Assembly: GCF_006345805.1 (NCBI RefSeq)
Contig: NC_043008.1
Coordinates: forward strand, 78,554,001-78,618,000
DNA from: Octopus sinensis
Taxonomy: Eukaryota
Reading direction: 5' to 3'
Length of the DNA: 64,000 bases
This document shows, piece by piece, positions 24,900 to 37,424 of the stretch (position 1 is the stretch's first letter; each line of letters starts with the position of its first letter). The translations under genes and the position numbers were made by a program. Under the pieces are notes generated by a model. It was not told the DNA's origin, searched no databases, and was given only the letters and a program-made list of their open reading frames with translations.

Positions 24900-27030
24900 T
24901 CCTTTTCCGCTTTTATACTTTGATTTTACATGGCTGTATAAATGCACGTGTTATGGGGTCACCTTGGAAACAAGGCCATATACTCAACAATCTCAGGTCA
25001 CTAAATGTCAATGTAGTGACTATCAGCGAAACCAAACTCTCCGACAGACAAGCTTTCATGCCCATTTTCGGTTGATTGGATACGATATATATCTATCTCC
25101 ATATCAACCAGGAATGGGAGGTGGAACGGTGGAGTTAATCCGGAGAGGCCTGAATCTCAAGATAAGAACTATTTTCCTGGACCCAGAAGGTAAGTTGGTG
25201 GTCCTGGATGTGAGCAGTAACGACGGGCATGCTTTGAGACTGGTGGCTGTTTATGCTTCGACAGGAGCATAAACAAGAGCAGCTGGACTTTTTCAGACGT
25301 CTGGAGATTTATCCTAGGAAGGTCCTGTCCTTTATTGCTTATGGGTGACTGGAACGCTATCTTAGAGCCACATTTGGATCGTGTTTGGCTAGCGGATAGA
25401 AGATTGGGGTGCAAAAGCTTCGCAAACCTGCTCAAACGTTTTCAGCTGTTTGACAGGTACCTGTTGGATTTTCCGAATGTGCCTGTATGGACCTGGCCAA
25501 ACTGCATTGGGTCATCCGGGTCGTATTTAGATAGAATATTTTGAAGACCAATAGATAAGGATAGTCCACTTTTTAAAATCGTAAGACTAATACACAGACC
25601 ACAAATTTGTGATCTGTACGGTCGACTTAGATGGACTACGTAGACAGGGACCTGGTAACTGGAAGCTGAGCGCGTCACTCCCGGCGTGCCAAGCTTACTG
25701 AGACGGGATTAGCGAATTAGTTAAACGGGCATTAATGGGATTAATCTACAACAAAAGAGCAATTAGAATAGAATCGATTAGGTTTAGCAAGGCCTCAGCA
25801 ATAGAGAAAGTAGAATAAAAGGAAACCTAGTTAGGAACTTAGAAGAGGGGCTTAGGAGAGACATTGCAACTGACGTGCCGGTGACGAAATTGGTCCCGGA
25901 CCAAATCTTCAACGCGAAGCAGGAAGGATGCATTGTCAGAGCTAAGGCACGACTTCTAGGAAACCAAGGAACAAAAGCCGATTGAAGGACCCGAGTGGTA
26001 TAAGCTCAACGTTGTGGCAACAAAGCAATAATTCGGTACTTGAGCCCAAGCAGATGTGTGCGGTGTTTCAGCGGCACTTCACCCAACTCTTTGGGACGAA
26101 TAACGGTCCGGAATGCAGGATGGATCTACCTCGACGGCATGCCACGACTCTTTGCAAGTGGTACCAGGGCTTGCGAAATACGGAATGCGATGATAGGCTG
26201 CACAGGGAGAAAATCGCCTGGTCTGGACGGTCAGCCCTACGAGCTTTAATATTATAAGCCAGACTTGTTTGGTGGCCTTTTATCTGATATCTACCGCAAC
26301 TGGTGGTGCAACGGTAGAATTACTAGTTCTGTGAACCGAGGAGTGGTGGAACTTCTGAGAAAGGACCCAAACAAGGGGGATCAATCGAAAATTTTAGGCC
26401 TATAACGCTACTAAATACGAACGTCAAAATTTTGGCCAAGATGCTAGTGAATAGGTTAGCTGTTGTCGTCGAGGAACTAACTAGCGATGTGCAAACATGC
26501 GCCATCCCAAGCATATCCATCCACAACAACCTCCCCCTCATAAGACACATCATAGACAGAGTGAGTAATGAAGCTGGCATGGTTGGAGCTTTGATCGATT
26601 TGGATCAATCTAAAGCCTTTGATAGGGTCAACCACCAATACTCGGCAGCCGTTCTCATGGCAGATGGTTTCGTTCCCGTTTTACGTGGCTGGATCGCATC
26701 AATGTACAGTGACATCTGCTCGGTAGTTTAGGTGAATGGTTACCTATCTGAACCATTCAGCATCATGTGCTCCATCAAGGATGTCCCGTCTCGTCTCTCT
26801 TGTATTTAATGGCTTTTTGTATTTAATGGAGGCGTTGAGAGCATCCCGCGCGTACTAGGACGTGAGAGGATCGTGTTGGCATACACAGACGACGTCACTG
26901 TCATGGTGTCAAACACCAGGCACATAGACCTGATCGGTACCGCTCTAAAAGAATACGAAGGTTGACGGTGGGCCTACAACTTGCCACCTGGAGATGCAGG
27001 TCCATACCTCCCAACAGCGTCGTAGGTAGG
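24900..27030 (+). mobile_element. Tx1/L1-like LINE ORF2, 5' part (APE + RT), degenerate
   Basis: LMGDWNAIL and SYLDRIF (APE); KSPGLDGQPYE, KILAKMLVNRL, LDQSKAFDRVNH and YTDDVTV (RT). Ends at IPPNSVVGR. Confidence 0.9.
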
Positions 27031-27362
27031 GTGAAAAGTAAATTCGACCTCGGCGGAATTTCAACTCAGAACATAAAGACGGACGAAATGTCACTAGGCC
27101 TGTTTTCCAGCATGCAACGATTCTGCCAGCATAGTAATAATAACCCTTTCTATTATAGGCACAAGTCCTGAAATTTTGGAGAAGGAGGCTAATCGATTAC
27201 ATCGACCTCAGTGCTCAACTGGTATTTATTTAATCGACCCCGAAAGGATGAAAGGCAAAGTCAACCTCGGCGGAATTTTAACTCAGATTGTAAAAACGGA
27301 CGAAATGTCCCTAGGTATATATCCCGGCATGCTTACGATTCTGCCGGCTCGTCGCCTTCGCC
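27030..27362 (-). mobile_element. Two fragments of a tRNA-derived SINE
   Basis: Reverse complement of the family at 39935-40330 (CTGAGTTNAAATTCCGCCGAGGTNGA...). Confidence 0.8.
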
Positions 27363-27383
27363 GCCTTACTACTACTACTACTG

Positions 27384-27430
<47 letters not shown>

Positions 27431-27449
27431 GATGATGATGATGATTTTG

Positions 27450-28798
27450 ATTTCTTTATTAACCACAAAAGGTTTACATTAAGAAAAGCATTGTTGACAG
27501 TACAGGTCAAATAGAATGTGGGGTTGCATGAAAGTCGTGTAAACAATAAAAAAACAATCGATTATAACAAAATTCCTCAAAAGTGGGAGATACCTGGGAC
27601 GGCTCGTGGAAACCCCACAAATCCACGATCGCCCTGACCACCAGGGTGAGTGCCCTCTCTACTTCGTCAACAGGCGCATGCTTAGAGTAGGCTAATTCAC
27701 TCGGGCCATTCTTGCGACATTCACTCACTTTTAACAAAATTGCTGGGAGACAAAACTTCATTCTCCACCCCTATTCCTTTCCAAGTGTAACTTGAAAAAG
27801 TTGATGAGAGCTTGACCAAAAAGGAAAGTGTCTATCTTCAGCCCTTTCAGTCCGAAGATAGACAGACTGAAATCCTTTCACGAAGGCTATCAGGCAAAGA
27901 AAAACAGCCTGCCCTTCCCGGTCAAAGGAAGGCGGCAGGACTATCTTCACAACAGACTCAATCGATAGCCGGATCCGTCCCACATGCAACAGCTGGTGTT
28001 CGACATAAACCCTACAAGAAATACTCGGGCTCTGGCCGGGAGCGTGCAGAACAGTTTTGTCGCTCTGCGCGCATCTCGGGCAAACCCAGCTGACTTCACT
28101 TCCGTGTCTGTAGAGTTTATCCCAAATAGCAAGTGCTCCGTGGTAGCATTGCCAAGCCAATGATTTTTGGAAATTATCCATAGGCTCCGGCCGAAAATTC
28201 TCCGGAACAAACCAGCCAGCTCATTCTCGTTGACACTTAGGGTCTCCCCGAGGATATAGTCACACTTATCTACCACTAATCCTATATAGAATGCCATTGT
28301 GGAACTTTCACGACCGCACTTCCCAACTTCCAGAGAAGTGTGTGTCTGACGACACTCTAGTTGCCAGAGTCTACGCTTGCAGCTCAACAAAAGAGACGAG
28401 CTGTGGGAAATCGTGTCAGACAAACGGTGATCACACCTGCTCACCGTCTAGGAAACGCAGGAGATGCCACAGCCCCAGCACATGTCTGCGCATCAATAGC
28501 CACGGCATACGCATCTCTCTATTTAGCGGGTGTTGACAGCAAATAGAGCGCCTGACCAATGGAACGCGTCCCTTCCACTGAAAGCAGAAGAGTAGGCTTT
28601 CCAGAAGAGTACGCGAACCAGAACAGTGTAGGACGGTGAAGCGGTAGTATATGACAGATACGATGTGCGCATTCGTCACCTCTGCCCGACTTTTCAGGAA
28701 TAGCTTTTTCTCAGCCCATTTCTGAGTGAGATTGGCTTGCTCGCCACCTCGTCTCAGTTCTTCTCCACCTGGAGATCTGGACCGAACCAGACCCCGAG
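27450..28798 (-). mobile_element. Tx1/L1-like LINE ORF2, 3' part and 3' UTR
   Basis: Begins LGVWFGPDLQVEKN; C-terminal CPRC zinc knuckle; AATAAA near 27455. Confidence 0.85.
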
Positions 28799-29990
28799 CA
28801 CTATCGAGGATGGAGAGAGCCTTGAGAGGAAGGTTGTTCTCCAGAAGGTACTTTTTCACTGCTGGTCCGAAGACTAGGTTGACCCATTTGAATAAGAATT
28901 GCCTGGCGGCCCAGGCTTTAACGTTTTCCCTCCACATGACCTGCAGCTTCCCCCTCAGGATTTTGTGCGACTTGAACGTTCGTGGGTTTTCGGAATGGTA
29001 GACAAAGAGTGGCTTAATCTTCAAGTCTCCACTCGCATTGGCACAAAGGGTGAGTTCATAGGCTTGTGGCCTGGTATTTTCTTCTCTATAGTTATGTGGG
29101 TTCTTCTGGGTATTTTGTCCAAAAGAGGCCAGTTTCATCACAGTTGAATACCTGTTGTGCGATGTACCCCTCGACTGCGATGAGCTAACAGAATTTACTC
29201 ATGAAATCTTCAGCTGCTTTCGTGTCTGAACTCGCTACTTCTCCATACCTGACGACGCTACGAACACCAGTCCTCTTCTTGAAATAATCAAACCAGCCGC
29301 GACTGGCCTTAAATGCATCTGCTGATGTCTCCTTCGTCGATGTTCCAGGGTTCTACTTCAGGAGATCCCCATACAGCGCTCGTGCTTTCTCGCAGATGAT
29401 GGCCTCCGTAACCGTATACCTTGTGAGTTGCTTCACGTTGATCCACAAGAGAAACAATTTTTGCATCCTTTCGTGGACAGATGTGCGTTGCTTAGAGAGC
29501 CTGGAAACACCTTTTGTTGTTGTAACGGCCTTGATCTCATCCTTTTTCTTCAGGATGGTGTAGATCGTCGAAGTGCTTCGGTCTTATTGATGTGCTCTGT
29601 CCACTACATGCACTCCTATCTCATGTTTATTAATGATTTCCTTCTTCAATTCTATCGTAATCAGCTTTTTTTCTTTTTCTCAGTACTGTCCTTTGCACCA
29701 GCCTTGTTAAGACCCAAGGCTAACACAACTGATTATAATAAAATAATAGCAAAAATGCACAAAACTAAAACAAAAACACTGTGAAAAACCCAACAGGAAT
29801 GCTGCTACAAGGAGATAAACACGTGAACTGAGCGAGCGGACACAGCGCTTGTTGGAAGAGCGTGTGCGAGCCCAGCTCCGTCTAGCGGTCGCTTATATGA
29901 ATCTCGTTCGTACTACGGATTTCCGCTCGAACTTGAAGACAAAACTTCGTCGCCAAAGCTTCGTCTTGCGCTGCCAGTATGGTGCTCTCA
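28798..29990 (-). mobile_element. Tigger/pogo DNA transposon, 3' truncated
   Basis: FKASRGWF, QQVFNCDETGLFW, LTLCANASGDLKIKPLFVYHSENPR, VMWRENVKAW and ILDSA are pogo CENP-B/DDE_1 motifs. Confidence 0.9.
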
Positions 29991-30039
29991 GTCTCTTCTT
30001 TTCATTGTTCCTTTCTTCAGTATTGGACCTTGGACACGA

Positions 30040-32050
30040 ATACGGCTATTCATTCGAACGAAGTGCAAACAACTTTGGAGACAAGCTGTGCTGTAAGACC
30101 TTTGCAACCGAGAGAGGTTTGAAGATACACCAGACTTGTAAGAAGAGGACAGAGCAGTGTGGATCAACAGATTGGCACCGATTGGAGACTGGCATTGCTG
30201 CTGGCGGCACGATATCTGTCACGTGGTTTATCTTAGTCATGGAAAGGATTTTGAAAGCTGTGGACTTTTCGGAACAAATCGCCCATCTACAATCGCCTAA
30301 GAAGGCCTTCATGGATGACGTGACACTTCTATCAATAGACAAGCAAATCATGCAGAGTACCCTCTTGAGACTAGACGAGCTTGTGAGATGGTCAAGGATG
30401 CGATTTAGAGCAAAAAAGTCGCGTAGTATGACATTTGTTAAGGGAGTGCAGAAAGAAATCAAGTTTCGAAAAGCTGAAGAAAGCATTCCGAAAGTCAAAG
30501 AACCCGTCAAGAGCTTGGGGCGAGTATATACTGGAACATTGTCAGATAGGAATCGCAGAATGGAAATTATGAAACAAGCCAAAGTTGGATTATCAGCGAT
30601 TGATGACTCAAAGTTACCAAGTAAATATAAAATTTGGTGCTTACAGTTTGGCTTGTATCCGCGATTTTCGTGGATAGTTTTAATATACGCTGTTGCATTG
30701 TCACGACTTCAAATGTGATGTGTTCATTAGAAAGTGGTTAGTCCTACCTCGGATATTGAACAGTTCAGCTCTTTATCGTAAAAGAGGTTCGTTGCAGTTA
30801 CCTCTGGCGTCAATAGTCGAAATATATAAACTGGGGACGATACGAACGATGATGATGCTGAGAGGATCGAAGGACATGGAAATCAGGCGTAATCCACCAG
30901 ATGTAAAAAAAAAGGCCAGGAAGAGGAAAGCAGAAGCAGAGACTGATGACATCCAGTCTTCTCTTACACACCGAGATATGGTGGGTGCAACGGAAATTCA
31001 TCGGAAGGGACTTGGCTTTGGCGCAAATCGATTCAGACCATTTGCAAGTATGATGCGGAACGAACGCAGATCTGTTGTTAGCAACAGCGTCAAAACGAGG
31101 GAAGCAGAGAGAAGAAAGATTCATTTTATCCTATGCATTCAACAAGAACAGATGACGAGATGGGAGGAACATGCTGTTGAGAGGAAAATAAGTTGGGATG
31201 AGATATGAAGGTGGACCACATCTCGGCTAAGTTTTCTGATTCGTTCATCCAATGATGTTTTGCCATCACCTGCAAATCTAGTAGGATAGAAAGTATCAAA
31301 GAATGATATATATGCAAATGCGGAAAGGTCGGAACACTGAAACATATTCTTTCCAACTGTTCACTAGCATTGAACAGGTATACATGGAGATACAATCTGG
31401 TCCCTAAGGTTATCTTCAATGCTATAAAGAACCAAATTGATCTCAGCAACAGTGAAAAAGTACCGTTGAAAGTACCAACTAGAAATTTCATTATCTTCGT
31501 GGGCTCAGGAAAGCGGATCCGTTTCAAGAACAACAAAATTCCTGTGAGCGATGAAAAGTGGAACGGCTATTGGAAGGTGACAGCAGATTTACTAGGATGT
31601 CAAGGATTATTTCCCATCCCAGTTACTTAAGATACGGACATTTTAATGTGGTGTGAAAGAAAGTTGTAAATCTAGTCGAGTTAACGGCTCCTCATGAAGA
31701 TAACATGGACGCCGCTGGGGCTCTAAAGATGTAAACCTCATCGAGGAATGTGATGACACAGACTGGAAAGCGGAGCATTTTCCAATCGAAGTCAGATGTA
31801 GAGGGTCTGTTGGACACAATGTGAGGCGACTGTTGTTATCGTTGGTCCTAACTCATCGTAAAGTAAATACCACCATGACTGATATCCAAACTACAGTGGA
31901 AAAGGCTAGAAGCTGAATTTGGTTAAAAAGAGACGATGAGCGATGGCTAGAAGAATATTGAAGACTCCGCCGGTTACGACGACGAGGGTCCCAGCTGATA
32001 CGATCAACGGAACAGCTTGCTCGTGAAATTAACGTGCAAATGGCTGAGCA
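30040..32050 (+). mobile_element. HERO-type RLE non-LTR retrotransposon, internally deleted
   Basis: C2H2-like KTFATERGLKIHQ, LETGIAAGGTISV, AFMDDVTLL, CLQFGLYPRFSW, VERKISW, CGKVGTLKHILSNC knuckle and an RLE remnant (FPIEV.CRG). Confidence 0.75.
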
Positions 32051-32392
32051 TTCCACAGACACGTGTACCCTTAACGTAGTTCTCGGGGATAATCAGCGTG
32101 ACACAGAGTGACAAGGCTGACCCTTTGAAATACAAGTACAACTCATTTTTGCCAGCTGAGTGGACTGAAGAATATTAAGAAGAATATTAAGCTTTATTTG
32201 ATTACCAGTTGATCTAGCAAGCGGGGCCTCATATCAGTGAGGGGGGGGGCAGTACGCATTGATGCTGTCGCGAGGCAGGCCTCGAAATGTCGCGCATTCT
32301 CTCCTGAAAACCCTATACACTTGCTGGCTCCCAGTGTGCGAAGTTCTCGACTGGTAGCATTTATATGTGCTATTTGTTTGCAAAACACTTAA

Positions 32393-32656
32393 GGCGGCGA
32401 GTTGGCAGAAACTTTAGCATGCCGGGTGAAATGCTTAGCGGTATTTCGTCAGCCATTACGTTCTGAGTTCAAATGTCTGTCCTTGTTTGTCCTCTCTGTG
32501 TTTAGCCCCTTGTGGGTAGTAAAGAAATAGATATTTCGTCTGCCGCAACATTCTGAGTCCAAATTCCGCCGTGGTCGACTTTGCCTTTCATCCTTTCGGG
32601 GTCGATAAATTAAGTAGCAGTTAAATTTCAGGCCTTGTGCCTATAATAGAAAGGAC

Positions 32657-32693
<37 letters not shown>

Positions 32694-32935
32694 TATTATT
32701 ATTATTATTATTATTTTATTATTATTATTTTTAAGGCGGCAAACTAGCAGAGTCGTTGGCACGCCGGGCAAAATGCTTAGCGGCATTTCGCCCGTCCTGA
32801 GATCAAATTCCGCCGAAGTCGATTTTGCCATTCATCCTTTTAGAGTCGATGAAATATGTACCAGTTACGCACTGGGGTCATGTGATCGACTATTCCCCTA
32901 CACACACACACACAAATTACAGGTCTTGTGTCTAT
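32393..32935 (+). mobile_element. Two tRNA-derived SINE copies separated by (TAA)n
   Basis: GGCGGCGAGTTGGCAGAA head, B-box-like CTGAGTTCAAAT, core GTCGACTTTGCCTTTCATCCTTTCGGGGTCGATAAATTAAGTA. Confidence 0.85.
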
Positions 32936-35797
32936 AGTAGAAAAGAGTATTAGTATTTTTCTTTCTATATACAACTTCCCATGTTCTCTATTTGGTTGCT
33001 ACAATTAATGAAAACTACTACTACTACTACTAGTAGTAGTAGTAGTAGACATTCTGAATACAGCATCTTTTTGTAACAGAAACAGAAATAGCAACCGAAT
33101 ATACAGGTTGTCACACGCCACCGTTTTTTTAAAATGTCGTTTTGAATACATAATGACTGAAAGCAAGATATTCACGACTGCGATATTCACGGCTGGGATG
33201 TTTTTTCTTTTATGTATGTTTAGCCTCATCTGATCCAGGTCCATGATAATAATAATTATCTATTTTCTTGTTTAATCTTTATTTGTCTAAACTTGGCCCA
33301 ATTCGTATGAACGACACTACTTGGTTTATTCAATATTACAATTATTGCTACTAACAGAACCAAATATAAAAATATCAATTTGGGCTTTTTTTCAAATTTC
33401 TTGCATAATTTCTTGGGTTTTCTTGCATAATATTAATTTTTTTATTTCTCCTGGCATTCATAAGTAACTAGAATTCTGTTTCTTAGTAAGTTTTGTTTGC
33501 TTTTTACGTTCAAATCGAACAGAATAGTATTAAACCCCTGAGATATTCTATAATACAGTACGAGACTTATTTTAAAATGTATATATACATAAAAATTATG
33601 AAATTACGTATCCTAATTATTGTTTATGAAAATACGGATATAAATATTAAAGAAATATATGTAAAAATATTAAATAAACACTCTTAGGATGGAATCTTCG
33701 GTGTCTAAGGAATTCAAATCTTTTTCATAAAATTGCTATTTTCCAATATGTGCGCAAAATGCTAGCCAGTAATATAATTGACTCAATATTGATTTGATAA
33801 AATATTATAAAAGTACTTTTAAGAACCATTTTCAATAATGCAATTTCATGTTTTGTTCATTCCTACTTTACTGTTCAGAATCTGAATTAAATCTTCATTT
33901 TATACACCAATTTCAAAACTTCAACATATTAAATTGAAAATGATTTTTGATTATCTCACACTTCAGTAGTTTGAAATAGACCTAGATTTTCAAATGTGAA
34001 GATGAGTTGATATTACTTCGATAAAAATAAGATAGGTTAAGTTATAAGGCAGTTGCTTTGCATAAACTCTGAATTGATAAATGCAAGCATACTCTGCTTA
34101 CAGAATTTCACACTTCTTAAGGAAGGATAACCACTAATTCAAAGATTAAGCCTATAGATCCACCTTTGCAGAAACTCGAGTGAATTTTAATAATTTTTGA
34201 AACAACACACGTGATACATATTTTCAGGAATGATATATATTAGATGTGACATTTTGTTATGCCTGCCCATTTTGTTATGCTTCCATCGTCATTTTTATGT
34301 CATCATTCTCTATAAATTTTTGTTTTATTTAATTGTGATAAGCCGTGTAAGATTTGGGGAACTACGAGCCTTTTCCAAGACTAACTTACAAACATGCTCT
34401 ACTCTAGAAAGGTACAGTGACAGGTATATTTCAAATAAGATATTGCATCTTTTAGATTCAGTAACAAGCCGCCATTTGAACTTAAATGACATTTCTGACA
34501 TGAAAATTGGATATATCTCTAAAAGTATATATTTCTTTGATCCAGTCATTCGTTTGATGTGTGGTAGCTAACTTTAAGGCATATTTGAAACAATTTATTA
34601 AAGCAGTCGATGAGAAGTTCAAACTTAGTGAAACTTTTGGAAAAGTTTCAATATTGTAGATGATGTGGATAACATAATCGAGTGATTAGAATAAAGTGGA
34701 ACCGTGAAGTATGAGCGGTATTTAGAAAAAGATATGACATTTTCCTTTACTGGATGCCTTGCAGTACTCGCAATCTAGGGACTTACTCGAACACTGCCAG
34801 ATTCTTGTTCCTATCATTTTGATCCTGGTAAGAAGTAATAGTTTCATTCTAATTTACAGTCGTCTTTTAAATCAAATTGTTTATTTTTCTGTTTCAATTC
34901 TGTTATTATTTTTACACACCCGACTATTTAATCAGGCTGGCTAAGATACCAAAATAATGGGATAGTATTTATTAGACAGTGGCAGAAATTTTATTTGATA
35001 TTGTTTCTGAGCTAACATCACTGCGTATGCATTGTGCATGTTTGCATACGTGTATGTATATTGGAATCTGTGTATACAAAATATTCAATTTTATTGTTAA
35101 TGGCATAATATTAAACGTGACGAAATATTTAGAAAAGGATATATTCTTATTTCTTTAAACAATACTCACATTTAGATGTAGCTGTTAAATAGCTTTTATA
35201 ACTAGACGTTACAAACGAACAACAAAATAATGATTGAATATCTTAATTGGTTAATTAACTATTTACTTTACATATGAAAGTAAAGATGCAGGAGCTGTGA
35301 AACCGGTTACTTTCGACGCAATAGGGAAAAATCAAATATTTACTATTTAGTTTGTAATAAAATCTATGAGGGAATGTTTGTTACCACGGATACACCTTAG
35401 TTACCAACGACACTCCTTTTTTGTGGAACATGTTAGTAATGAGAAAAAACAATAGTATACTTTCGAAGGAGACTTTTGTTCAATAAATCGATAGAAAAGT
35501 GAACAACAACTTATATTATTAGTGTACAAAACTGTTCCATTAAATATTTCAGTACTGATTGAAAATGTTTTAGTCTTCATTAGAAAAGTCATATCTGAAT
35601 AAAAGAAGTGTTAACTTATAGCTAGAATCAGTTTTTATAAGATACAAATGATTTTTATTCATTCTAAGAGATATGGACAAAAATTTATTTTGTAAACGCC
35701 TTAAATAAAGACTCTGGATTGAATTACATTTAATAAAAAGCTATTTATTAAAATAGAATAGATCGATATGTCAAGTTTTGTAATTTGCTTATCACAG

Positions 35798-35863
35798 GTA
35801 TAGGAACAAGGATCAAAGGACCGCAAACTGCGAATTTCTATCTCACCGTAGTGAAAGCAGAAC
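35798..35863 (+). CDS. Candidate 66-nt host coding exon (phase 1-1)
   Basis: Acceptor TTTGCTTATCACAG, donor GTATGA, open frame (G)IGTRIKGPQTANFYLTVVKAE, in non-repetitive sequence. Protein not recognised. Confidence 0.35.
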
Positions 35864-36204
35864 GTATGAGAGGGGGTAGCATCAATTTCTTTATTCCCCA
35901 CCTGGGACCAAACATAGAGGGGACGATAGTGTGAATTATTTTACAAAGAAATGAAAGGTTAAAAATTTAGATAGAGCGGATGATAGAAAATGATAAACAA
36001 ACAAATACGCATACAATGAATTAGGGGCGGGTTTTGTTTCGACCTCGCAAGCCCTGTGCTACCACTGTAACCTTTAGTATAACCTCATGGATACACAATG
36101 TGGGTTCATTCATTCTCAACAAACTCACCACAGCCTTCCATCTCCTTCCATATACATCAGGTGATAGGCAATTTCCTTCCACCCTTATATTTCTCTTAAG
36201 GTGG

Positions 36205-37420
36205 TATTAGGCCGTCAACTATAAAATTTGTAGTAAGGTATATCGTAAACTTTGACAGCTGGTCATTTTGCGCTACTATTATATTTTGACAATCTTTATT
36301 TTTTGTTAGAAAGCTGATATATCTATTTCTTTATTCTAACTCATTTTGCGCTTTATAAAGTATTTATAACTCGTTTTTTGCTATTTTTGTTTAGAGATGG
36401 ATAAGTCGGAAATTCGTACAGTTTTGAAATATGAGTTTTTCTTGGAAATACAGCATCACAGACAGCTCAGAATGTTAATGGAGCAAACAGTATCAAATTG
36501 GTTTGCAAAATTTCGTTCTGATAACTTTGACCTCACAAATGAGCAACGTGGTCGACCAGAAACAAAGGCAGATAATGACAAACTGAACGCCACCATCGAG
36601 TTATATCCATCTCAAAGTGCACATGAATTATCGTTGTTGTTTGTTGTTAGCAAGCAAACAAAATTGACTCACCTAGTTCAAATGGGTAAAGTGAAAAAGT
36701 TGTATAAGTGGGTTCCACATGAACTCAATGAAAATCAGAAAAGGCAACATTTGGAAGCCTGCATTATACTACTTTCTCGTCACAAAAATGTATCATTTTC
36801 TAATCAAATTGTAACATGTGATGAGAAATGGATCCAATACAACAACCGTAAACGTTCAACACAATGTTTGGACAACGAGCCACCAAGACACAGTCCAAAA
36901 TGTAAAATTCATCAAAAGAAGTTAATGGTGTGTGTTTGGTGGTCTAGCGCAGGTGTAATCCATTATGATTTCATTAAACCTGGCTCATCAACCACGGACG
37001 AAGTATACTGCAGTCCACTGGACCAAACGATGCAGAAAATTACAAAAACAGCTAGATTAGTCAACAGATCCATTCCTATTTTATTGCAAGACAACGCCAG
37101 ATCATACATCGCAAAGATGACATTGGCGAAACTACAGGAGTTGGAGCTGTAAGTTCATCATCCACCATAGTCACCTGATCTTGCCCCCACTGACTACCAC
37201 TTCTTTCAGAATTTGGATAACTTTTTGATAGGAAAAAATTAAATTCCGACGATGCTGTAAAACAGGCCTTCTGGGGTTTTATCGACTCTAGATTGCTGAA
37301 ATGGCAAAAGTCTATTGACAGTATGGATGCATATTTGATGAATAAAACTATTCCTTGTATTTATAAAACATTGGCAAACTTTTTTTCTTTTCTAAAAAAT
37401 TCATACATGACTACCTAATA
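36205..37420 (+). mobile_element. Mariner transposon of a different subfamily, degenerate
   Basis: TATTAGG...CCTAATA ends; WVPHEL, IVTCDEKW, LQDNARS and SPDLAPTDYH motifs. Confidence 0.93.
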
Positions 37421-37424
37421 AATG

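Noticed and set aside
28431-29141. 236-aa ORF as a Tigger-LINE fusion gene
   Set aside because: The Tx1 portion is read out of its native frame and the Tigger upstream is frameshifted; it is a by-product of the rearrangement junction.
33005-33244. 79-aa minus-strand ORF, and the overlapping ORFs at 34230-34571
   Set aside because: No recognisable domain, no convincing splice pair, and one ends in a microsatellite.
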